A DNA stretch of 64,000 bases from an uncultured delta proteobacterium (lineage in GTDB: Bacteria > Desulfobacterota > Desulfomonilia > UBA1062). Within the stretch, counting starts at the first letter, position 1, and every line of letters starts with the position of its first letter. The notes beneath the pieces were generated by a model that was not told the origin of the DNA, did not search any database, and saw nothing but the letters and a program-made list of their open reading frames with translations. Positions 28,020 through 36,132 of the stretch are shown here, piece after piece. The position numbers and the translations under genes are program-made. Location: NCBI GenBank assembly GCA_963785235.1, contig CAWAUM010000001.1, positions 128,001 through 192,000 of the forward strand. The letters run 5' to 3'.

Positions 28020-28143
28020 TTTCGAGATGCAAACCAAAAATTAGCCTGTTCAAATCATGCATATCGGTGAAGCCGATATGCATGATTTGAACAGGTCAGG
28101 TTTTTTCTCTCGTAACGAAGTATTTTGGGATTATGCATGAGCC
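28020..28143 (+). repeat. dispersed hairpin element, copy 4
   Basis: GAGATGCAAACCAAAAATTAG, then perfect 23-bp stem 28045-28067/28073-28095 with loop TGAAG, then TCAGGTTTTTTC. Confidence 0.9.
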
Positions 28144-28231
28144 GCGTTTTATCAGCTCGACATGCAAAAGGTTAAGTCTGGAGGGTCTTTTTGTTAAATG
28201 GGCAGGAGGTTCAGCAGGATCCGTAGACTGT

Positions 28232-28606
28232 TTACCGGTCCGCCTCCAGCAGGCTCATCACCTTGAAAAGGATGATGTGTGCAGGTGAAGGCTTTACGAG
28301 ATAGAGGTTTGCCCCTGAATCATAGGCGAGCTTCTTGTTTTCCTGTGTTGAGTCTGTGGTGAGCATGATAATGGGGAGATCCCTGTACAGGGGGTCCTGC
28401 CTTACTGAAGTGATGAATTCGATGCCGTCCATGTTGGGCATGTTCAGGTCTGAGATGATGAGCTTGATCTCCGGGTTCTGTGAGAGTTTTTCCAGTGCGT
28501 CGAAACCGTCCGAGGCCTCGATGCATCTTAGATTCTTTGTCTTGAGGGTATGTGTGAGAAATTTCCTCACTGTACTTGAGTCATCAACAATCAGGACCGT
28601 TTCCAT
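28232..28606 (-). CDS. CheY-like single-domain response regulator
   Basis: VLIVDD, SDLNMPNMDG, MLTT, YLVKP; start at METV after GGAGG. Confidence 0.9.
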   Translation of the reverse strand: METVLIVDDSSTVRKFLTHTLKTKNLRCIEASDGFDALEKLSQNPEIKLIISDLNMPNMDGIEFITSVRQDPLYRDLPIIMLTTDSTQENKKLAYDSGANLYLVKPSPAHIILFKVMSLLEADR

Positions 28607-28622
28607 GAACGATAACCTCCGC

Positions 28623-29483
28623 CTATTCCTTCTTATACCCCAGAGCCCCGGGGAAATGTACAAGCTTGAAAGCCCTTGAAATATTGTGCAAAGATTCCGA
28701 GTGGCCGATGAAGAGATAACCGCCATGGTTCAGGCTGTCATAGAGCTGAGAAACAAACCTCTTCCTGGCTGAGTCATCGAAGTAGATGAGAACGTTTCTG
28801 CAGAAAATGACGTCAAACCCCTTCATGATCTGTACCCGCTTGACATCATTGAGGTTGAGGTACTGGAGATCCACCAGGCCGTGAACATCCTCAATGAGTC
28901 GGTATGAGCTCCCTTCCTGAATGAAAAATGTCTGCTTCACCTCAGGCGGTACCGAGCGCAGTGCGTAGTCACTGTACATGGCAGCCTTGGCCGAGCGCAG
29001 TGCCTTTTCACTGATGTCACTGGCAACGATCTTTATGTCCCAGTTGGGACACCGGTTATTCAAGACCTCCTTGATCACGATGCCCATGGTGTAGGGTTCC
29101 TCACCCGTAGAACAACCGGCAGACCAGAGGCGGAGCTGGGGGTCTTGCTGCTTATCTTTGCGGGCGATGATATCGGGAAGCACCTTTTCCTGGAACGCCT
29201 GGATCTGTGGCGGGCTCCGGAAGAAGCTTGTCTCGTTGGTGGTCACCGAGTCAAACAACGCCATCAGTTCACGTGCTGCCTGGGGATCATATCTGAGCAG
29301 GTAATAGTATTTATCATAATTGGCAAGGTTGTTGGCCTTCAATCGCGTGGCGAGCCTGGTCTCAAGCTGGCCCTTTTTGGTGTCGGCAAAGTAGATGCCG
29401 GACTGTTCATAGATAAAGTCGCGTAACAGGATGAAGGTCTCGTCAGTCATTTTTGGGCAGGTGCCCCCTGAGCTCTCATCCAT
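28623..29483 (-). CDS. cheR: chemotaxis methyltransferase CheR
   Basis: TTNETSFFR, WSAGCSTGEEPY, FDVIFCRNVLIYF, GHSESL. Confidence 0.95.
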   Translation of the reverse strand: MDESSGGTCPKMTDETFILLRDFIYEQSGIYFADTKKGQLETRLATRLKANNLANYDKYYYLLRYDPQAARELMALFDSVTTNETSFFRSPPQIQAFQEKVLPDIIARKDKQQDPQLRLWSAGCSTGEEPYTMGIVIKEVLNNRCPNWDIKIVASDISEKALRSAKAAMYSDYALRSVPPEVKQTFFIQEGSSYRLIEDVHGLVDLQYLNLNDVKRVQIMKGFDVIFCRNVLIYFDDSARKRFVSQLYDSLNHGGYLFIGHSESLHNISRAFKLVHFPGALGYKKE

Positions 29484-30379
29484 TGGCCTTCTCCGCCGTG
29501 GTGGGATCCATGACCATGTCGATATAATTCTTCACCTGGTCGCCGATTGACTCCATCTCAAAGGTTATACGTTCTATGTCAAGGTCATCAACGGCATAGC
29601 CTCTTTCTTTGAGGACATTCCAGGCCTCTTCATCGGTCAGGATAAAGGACATCCGGTCGCCCCCGCAGGATAGCTCCTTGGCCTTTGCCAGGAGGTTCGA
29701 CATGGAGATGAGCGCAACCATATCCCGGTGCGTAGCCTGGGACGGCTGATGATGCCAGAGTATGACATCCCCGAGGTAGGCGGGCAGGTTCCATTTCTGG
29801 GCCAGGTAATAACCGACCTCCATATGGTTTGTCCCGCATAACTCCATCTCCGTCTCGTACATGGGCCTGTCCTTTTCAATGGACAGGTTATAGGCTGCAA
29901 CGAATTCGTCATGGAAGTACTGGTCGAGGACGATCTTGCCGATATCGTGCAGGAGACCGGCTACGAACTCCCTGCCCAGGGACCTCATGCCAAGCTTCTT
30001 GTCTATATATCTTGCAATAAGACCCGTGGCGACACTGTGATCCCAGAAACTCTCCCTGATGGAGACCTCTTTTGCGCGGTGGGACTTGAGTGCGGAAAAG
30101 ACCGAAAGCGAGGTGGTAATGTTGATGATCTCGGCCAGCCCCAGAAAAATAATGGCATGGTGCAGGGTCTCTACCTTCCGGTCACCCCTGCGGTAGAAGG
30201 TGGAATTGGCCATCTTCAGCACCTTTGCGGCCAGAGGGGGATCTTTGTGGATGGACTCGGCAATGCTTTGGATCGACACGTCCGCTTGGTGGGCAAGGCT
30301 CAAGACCTCAAGAGCTACAGAGGGTAGAGTAGGGAGATCGTCTATATTATTGATTCGCGTCGAGTATATGGGCCTGCAT
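29476..30379 (-). CDS. HDOD-domain protein (apparent frameshift about 8 codons after the start)
   Basis: IDDLPTLPSVA, DPPLAAKVLKMANS, FWDHS, AGLLHDIGK, WNLP...HH; the ATG at 30379 has an RBS but is one base out of frame. Confidence 0.88.
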
Positions 30380-30381
30380 CT

Positions 30382-32289
30382 TTAGAAGCTCACCCCCTGA
30401 AGCCTGTCAATGGCATCAACGATGGCGCGGGCCACATCCGGGTTCGGATCGTCAATATACTCTTCCAGTTCTGCAGCAAGTGCCTCTTCGTCCCACCCGG
30501 CAATGGTTTTTATTGCGGAGATCTTCAAAAAGTCCGACCCGCAGGTTAAGAGATCGAGGAGTTTTGTCTTGGCAGAAGCGTCTTTGAAGCTACCCAGCGC
30601 CTCAATGGCATGGGATGCAGCCCACATGTCATCACCGTCAATGGCGGCATGAAGGTTTTCTTTGAGTTCTTCGACCTTTTTCATCCCTATGATATCGAGC
30701 GCAGCGTACCTGATCTGCTCATGTGTATCAGCGAGCAGGGATTTGAGCATATCCGTGGTGATCGGCAGGTCCTTATCCCTGATGACCTTTACCGCCTCTG
30801 CCCTTACCTCCCAGTTTTCATCCTGCAACAGTTTTTCGGAAACCTGGTGGAGGCAGGGACTTTCCATGTGCTCAAGACCCCTTAATCCCGTGATGCGTTT
30901 GCCCTGATCGGAAGTTGAGGCCATATGCATGAATACCTCATGGGCACGCCCGGTCCCGATCATGACCACGGAAATCAGTGCCGTTTCACGCACATCGGGA
31001 TATTTATGACTTAAGTATGGCTCCATTACACTGATATCATCCGGATCGCCGTTTCTCGCAAGGGCCAGGAGTGATGACGAGATGACATGGCCATCAGAAT
31101 CCATGAGGAGCCTTCGGAACGTATCACATAAAGATGCCCCCCCGATGGATGCCAAGGCATCGGTCATGGCACGTTTTACATAGCCCTGGGCTGTAAAGAT
31201 CCTCTCGCATATCCGCGTGGCACCTTCATCCTTACCTATTCCTGCCAGGACGTTCGCAGCGAGGATTTTCAGTTTGTCTTCGGCATCGAGAAGTTTCACC
31301 ATAGCCTCTACGTCTCCGATCCGGCACAGGGCATCAGTGACTATTCCGAACTTCTCAGGGTGGGTGTCCGGGTCTGTGTTGCGGGCGAGCTCTACCATTG
31401 CCTGCACGCTGGCCTCATCGCCGATGCGGGGTAGTACCATGAGCATCTCGCTGAGCAGCTCTTCCTCAACATCGTTCAGATGCATATCGATGATGGTCTT
31501 GATGATGTGTGCGTCTTTATCCGGCAGTGAGGCGATTTCGTCAGGGGAGAGGATCTTCAGCAGGGCCTTGACGATCTCGGTTTCAATATATGCATTTGCG
31601 GTTTCGAGCATGGCGATCAGGGCGTTCACACACTGTTTGGGTTTTATCTTGCCGATTGTTTCCAGCAGTGCGGATACGGTGAGCTCGTCAAGACTCCACC
31701 TTTCGAGCTGTTCAAGGAGAAAACCAGCCGTATTCTCATGGGGTATCTGAGACAGGGCCTCTATGGCGGAGAAGCGGATCCATTCCTCGTCTTCGATCAG
31801 AGGCTTTATATATTCAAAGGCCTTTGGGTCTCCAAGGAGGCCAAGAGAAACTATTGCGGCATTGCGTATATTGGGATTCGGATCGGCGAGCCCTCCGATG
31901 AGCACGTCCACGCTCTCGGGGTTGCCGATGGTGCCTAAAATATCGAGCACAAAGAGCCTGATATCAGGATTTTCATCAACTGCAAGCCTGTGCATGACAT
32001 CAATACCGTCATCACCGACCTTCCTGAGGATGTCGATAGCGGCATTACGCAAGCCCGGATCAATAATGCCCACCAGTGGGGCCACTTTCTCAACCGTGTT
32101 TCTGCCGCCCAATAACATGAGCGCACTTTGTGAGGCGTCCCTGACCCCTCCATTTGTATCCTTGAGCAACTCTACGAGACGTCCGATGGTAGCGGGTTCA
32201 TCGCCGGACTCACTGAGCATGGTGGCTGCCATGCGACGGTCAGAAGAGTCATCCGACTTCATGAGTGCGTCTATTGTGGAATAATTCAT
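30382..32289 (-). CDS. HEAT-repeat (PBS lyase-like) protein
   Basis: Repeated L.D....VR..A...LG.IG units through 635 aa. Confidence 0.9.
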   Translation of the reverse strand: MNYSTIDALMKSDDSSDRRMAATMLSESGDEPATIGRLVELLKDTNGGVRDASQSALMLLGGRNTVEKVAPLVGIIDPGLRNAAIDILRKVGDDGIDVMHRLAVDENPDIRLFVLDILGTIGNPESVDVLIGGLADPNPNIRNAAIVSLGLLGDPKAFEYIKPLIEDEEWIRFSAIEALSQIPHENTAGFLLEQLERWSLDELTVSALLETIGKIKPKQCVNALIAMLETANAYIETEIVKALLKILSPDEIASLPDKDAHIIKTIIDMHLNDVEEELLSEMLMVLPRIGDEASVQAMVELARNTDPDTHPEKFGIVTDALCRIGDVEAMVKLLDAEDKLKILAANVLAGIGKDEGATRICERIFTAQGYVKRAMTDALASIGGASLCDTFRRLLMDSDGHVISSSLLALARNGDPDDISVMEPYLSHKYPDVRETALISVVMIGTGRAHEVFMHMASTSDQGKRITGLRGLEHMESPCLHQVSEKLLQDENWEVRAEAVKVIRDKDLPITTDMLKSLLADTHEQIRYAALDIIGMKKVEELKENLHAAIDGDDMWAASHAIEALGSFKDASAKTKLLDLLTCGSDFLKISAIKTIAGWDEEALAAELEEYIDDPNPDVARAIVDAIDRLQGVSF

Positions 32290-32360
32290 AATGCCCTCAA
32301 CATCCTAAAAAAAAATAATTTAATCCTGCAATTGACTCCGATAGTATGTAATTTACCCAT

Positions 32361-32978
32361 TCATTTTGCGCTGTACTGGACAAATGCCACTTCTTGTATA
32401 GGATAATCCATAAGATCATCCGAGAGCATCAAGGTAATCTCGGTCTGTGAGTAGACACTCGCTGCTGCAAGAAGTCTCCTGTATATGATGCTCCTGATAT
32501 CGAAGAGCTTGCTCTGAATGGAGGTAATCACGGAAGGGTCCACCTTGAGGCTCACCTGTGCAACGAGTACACCTGATTTCTTCGGCATGTTGGTTGAGTA
32601 GAAGACCATAAACGGATCAAGGACCATTCCATCAGGCCCAAAGGGGGACACCTTTTGGGGTTGGACTGCTTTTGCAACATTTTTTGCAACATCATCTTTT
32701 GCAACTTCATCGTGCCCATGGAAAAAGAAGAACCCTATGACGCTCAGCAGCACCAGAAGTGCAGCAGCACCGGAGCAGGCCATCAGGAGCAGGCGTTTAT
32801 TTATAGCCGGCTTCTTCCCCGGCTCCTGGTCGGGCTTTGGCTCCTGTGCGCCGGCTTGCGCCTGTGGTTCTCCGGTTTCCAGAGAAATGCCGTCTTTGTC
32901 AAGTTCGGCCTTGCCGGCATCCTGGAACAGAATGCCTTCTTTATCGAGGTCCGCCTTTCTCCCAGGTTCGTTTTCCAC
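32361..32978 (-). CDS. FliL-like flagellar basal-body-associated protein
   Basis: Acidic N-terminus, one TM, LDPFMV...IRSIIY C-terminal domain; inside the flagellar operon. Confidence 0.6.
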   Translation of the reverse strand: MENEPGRKADLDKEGILFQDAGKAELDKDGISLETGEPQAQAGAQEPKPDQEPGKKPAINKRLLLMACSGAAALLVLLSVIGFFFFHGHDEVAKDDVAKNVAKAVQPQKVSPFGPDGMVLDPFMVFYSTNMPKKSGVLVAQVSLKVDPSVITSIQSKLFDIRSIIYRRLLAAASVYSQTEITLMLSDDLMDYPIQEVAFVQYSAK

Positions 32979-32985
32979 GTTTCAC

Positions 32986-33369
32986 CTACTTGTTGAATAT
33001 CTGATTGATCTTCTGGCCCAGGGTCTCCGCGGTAAAGGGTTTGACAATATAATTGCTCACACCGGATTTCACGGCCTCGATGATGTTCTCCTGCTGGGCC
33101 TCGGCTGTTACCATCAGAAATGGGATGTGCTTCAGCGCGTCATCGGAGCGGACCGCCTTGAGCAGTTCCAGGCCGGTCATTTTCGGCATGTTCCAGTCCG
33201 AAACCACCAGGTCGATCTTCTCCCTCTGGAGCGCCTCAAGGGCGGTTGATCCGTCGTCGGCCTCGGTAATATTTACAAAATTAAGTTGCCTCAGGATGTT
33301 CTTCACAATCCTGCGCATGGTTGAAAAGTCGTCCACGATGAGGATCTTCATGTTCTTATCTGTTGTCAT
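32986..33369 (-). CDS. cheY: chemotaxis response regulator CheY
   Basis: ILIVDDFSTMRRIV, DWNMPKMTG, MVTAEA, YIVKPF. Confidence 0.95.
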   Translation of the reverse strand: MTTDKNMKILIVDDFSTMRRIVKNILRQLNFVNITEADDGSTALEALQREKIDLVVSDWNMPKMTGLELLKAVRSDDALKHIPFLMVTAEAQQENIIEAVKSGVSNYIVKPFTAETLGQKINQIFNK

Positions 33370-33429
33370 AGATACCTCCGGTACAAGCACCGTTTACGTT
33401 CTCATCGAATATTTTGCTGCAAATCTTTT

Positions 33430-34200
33430 TTACACATTGATCTCTTTCAGGATCTTTTGCATCTTTGAGCGCAGCCTGAGGATTGCCTTTGTGTGTATCT
33501 GGGAAACCCGCGACTCGGTAAATTTGAGGACATGACCGATCTCCTTCATGGTCAGCTCGTCGTAGTAATACAGGGAGATCACCATGCGTTCCTTTTCCGG
33601 CAGCGACTGGATGGCCTTTGCTACCATGGTGCTGACCTCGGCATAGCGGATTTTATGCGACGGCCAGTCTTTGTCGTCCTGGATAATGAATTCAAGCAGG
33701 TTCCGCTTGGACAGGTCGGAATCGTCCTCGCCGAGGTCGTCCAGGCTGAGCAGGGATACGGATGCAGTGTCGGACAGGAGCCGGTGGAAGGTATCCATGT
33801 CGACATTCATCTCTCGTGCCACTTCATCATCGCTGGCCGGCCTGCCAAGACTGTATTCGAGCCTTGCATAGGCGTCTTCCACCTTGCGGGCCTTCTGCCT
33901 CACAGACCGTGGGACCCAGTCCATGGAGCGGAGCTCATCAAGGATGGCGCCCCTTATCCTGAATTCCGCATAGGTCTTGAACTTGATCTGTTTGCCGGCG
34001 TCAAATTTCTCGATGGCATCGATCAACCCAATGACACCCGCATTTATCAGATCGTTCAGGTCGATATGGGGAGGCAACCGTATGGCAATACGGCTTGCAA
34101 TGTACTTAATCAACGGCGCGAACTCGTTGATTATCTTGCCCCGCACCTTCGGGTTGAGCTTCTGTTCCTCAGTAAGTTCCGTGTAGACGATATCCTGCAT
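33430..34200 (-). CDS. fliA: flagellar sigma factor FliA (sigma28)
   Basis: RIRGAILDELRSMDWVPRSVR, TESRVSQIH. Confidence 0.96.
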   Translation of the reverse strand: MQDIVYTELTEEQKLNPKVRGKIINEFAPLIKYIASRIAIRLPPHIDLNDLINAGVIGLIDAIEKFDAGKQIKFKTYAEFRIRGAILDELRSMDWVPRSVRQKARKVEDAYARLEYSLGRPASDDEVAREMNVDMDTFHRLLSDTASVSLLSLDDLGEDDSDLSKRNLLEFIIQDDKDWPSHKIRYAEVSTMVAKAIQSLPEKERMVISLYYYDELTMKEIGHVLKFTESRVSQIHTKAILRLRSKMQKILKEINV

Positions 34201-35068
34201 GGCCTGTTCCTTTCGCTTGATTCAAGAGCATTTTTCTAAAGAAGAACTGAAGGTTTCCGCTGGTGTTCGAAAGAGAGGTTTCCTCGAGCCTTCCCGCGAT
34301 CCGGGAAAGTCTCTTGGTGGCCTCGCTTTGTGGGAAAAGGCCCACAAAAGCCTTCTGTGCCTTGATGCATTCAGGAATGTTTCTGTCATGCGGAATGGAG
34401 CCTAAGATCTCCAATGCCACATCCCCTAAGAATCTCTCACATACCATAGACAATTTTTCCGACACTTGTTCCCCCTCAGACTTTGAATTCACATTGTTGA
34501 CAATAAGGTCGAATCGCTTGATGCCGTATTGCCTGCGCAATACCTTGATAAGGGCATAAGCATCCGTTATTGACGTGGGTTCCGGGGTCGCCACCACAAT
34601 AATCCTCTGGGAGGCTGCGTTGAAGTACATGACGTTCTTGGATATCCCTGCCCCGGTATCTACGATCATGTAGTCAAGGGCACCCTCGAAATGGTCGAGT
34701 GAATCCATGATGCTTATCTGCTGCTCGGTATTCAGGTCAGAGAGTTCCTGGATTCCCGACGATGCGGGAATGATCTTGATCCCGCTGGGCCCTTCAATCA
34801 CGATTTCATCAAGGGAGCACTGTCCGTCCAGTACATTCTTGATGGTGAGCTTAGGGGCAAGGCCCAGCATTACATCCACATTGGCCAGGCCGAGGTCGGC
34901 ATCCAGCACGAGCACCTTTTTTCCGCGTGCAGCGAGCAGGATGGCTATGTTCACCACGATGCTCGTCTTTCCAACCCCGCCTTTTCCCGATGTTACGGAC
35001 AGGACTGTTGGGGAGATGGCTGTAGTTTCTTTGAATATTCTTCTTAAGGTATGGGCTTGATCCTTCAT
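34169..35068 (-). CDS. flhG: MinD-like flagellar ATPase FlhG/FleN
   Basis: MKDQA..LR, SGKGGVGKT, DADLGLAN, PEPTSITDAY. Confidence 0.93.
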   Translation of the reverse strand: MKDQAHTLRRIFKETTAISPTVLSVTSGKGGVGKTSIVVNIAILLAARGKKVLVLDADLGLANVDVMLGLAPKLTIKNVLDGQCSLDEIVIEGPSGIKIIPASSGIQELSDLNTEQQISIMDSLDHFEGALDYMIVDTGAGISKNVMYFNAASQRIIVVATPEPTSITDAYALIKVLRRQYGIKRFDLIVNNVNSKSEGEQVSEKLSMVCERFLGDVALEILGSIPHDRNIPECIKAQKAFVGLFPQSEATKRLSRIAGRLEETSLSNTSGNLQFFFRKMLLNQAKGTGHAGYRLHGTY

Positions 35069-36132
35069 TATGCATCTCCAAGCGTGCATGCTATTATCTT
35101 GTTTGTGTCGGCCGGCTCAATGTCCTCGGGGACCCGCTGCCCGTTGGTTATATGGGAGATGGGCAAACGGTGGATCAGATTGTGTGAAAGAACGCTGCCT
35201 TTTACGTGGGCCTCATCGAATTTGGTGAAGATCATGCGGTCCACTTTCAGGGGGGAGAATGATTTGGTGATAGTGTCCATCTCCTGGTCGCGGGTAGCTA
35301 CCGGCATGAGGAGAAACCTGCAGGCCTTGATGCCGTCAAAATATCCGACTAACTGACGTGCATACTCGCTACAGAAGGGTGAGCGGCCGACGGTGTCAAC
35401 GAGGATAAGGTCGGTGGAGCTCAACTGATTCAGTGCGATCTTGAGGTCGGATGGGGTCGTTACGGAAAAGAACGGGATATTCAAAATTTTGGCATAAATG
35501 CGGCTCTGATCTATGGCGCCTATCCTATAACTGTCCAGTGTGATGAGTGCCACCCGCTTGGCCTCAGAGAATACGGCCCTGGCGGCAATCTTGGCAATTG
35601 TCGTGGTCTTGCCGACGCCGGTGGTGCCCAGGAATATCCAGATACGGTCATCCGTGGGCCCTTCTACGCGGATCAGCTTTGAAAGGAGGCCTTTGACCTC
35701 ATCTTCGGTGGTCTCAGGCCCAAGCTTTGTGATGATGAGGTCTGCAAGGTTCTCGCGGACGCCCTTTTTCATGAGCTTCTCCCGCATGGGGCTCTGTGGG
35801 ACCACATTGCTCTGGTTCATGAGCTGCTTGAGCATCTTTTTCAGCTCAATAATCTCATCACCCATATGATTAGGGGTCTGCATAATAGGTGAGGCATGGT
35901 TGGGAGCAACCGGTTTTCCCGGGTAAGCCTTATATGCCTGCGTTTTATTTATAAGGCTGTCTCCGTCATAGTCAACAGCGGCAACCACTTCAATTACTGG
36001 TTTGCTCATGAGGCCATAACCGCTTTCCTTGATCTCGCGGGTTGAGATAATGACCGCATTGGCACCAAGCTCGGTCTTGATCTGCGAGAGCGCGTCCTTC
36101 ATGGAGGCAGCCATATAGGTTTTAATTTGCAT
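35068..36132 (-). CDS. flhF: SRP-family GTPase FlhF
   Basis: GVGKTTTIAK, DSYRIGA, TKFDE, GQRVPEDI. Confidence 0.93.
   Translation of the reverse strand: MQIKTYMAASMKDALSQIKTELGANAVIISTREIKESGYGLMSKPVIEVVAAVDYDGDSLINKTQAYKAYPGKPVAPNHASPIMQTPNHMGDEIIELKKMLKQLMNQSNVVPQSPMREKLMKKGVRENLADLIITKLGPETTEDEVKGLLSKLIRVEGPTDDRIWIFLGTTGVGKTTTIAKIAARAVFSEAKRVALITLDSYRIGAIDQSRIYAKILNIPFFSVTTPSDLKIALNQLSSTDLILVDTVGRSPFCSEYARQLVGYFDGIKACRFLLMPVATRDQEMDTITKSFSPLKVDRMIFTKFDEAHVKGSVLSHNLIHRLPISHITNGQRVPEDIEPADTNKIIACTLGDA

Noticed and set aside
6198-28143. Hairpin repeats as a CRISPR array or integron attC sites
   Set aside because: Copies are kilobases apart between housekeeping genes, with no spacers, cas genes or integrase. 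The stems are perfect, without the extrahelical bases or RYYYAAC/GTTRRRY ends of attC.
33402-33428. sigma28 promoter upstream of cheY (AAAGATTT-N11-TTCGATGA, minus strand)
   Set aside because: Plausible position but only a partial match to TAAAGTTT/GCCGATAA; too weak to call.
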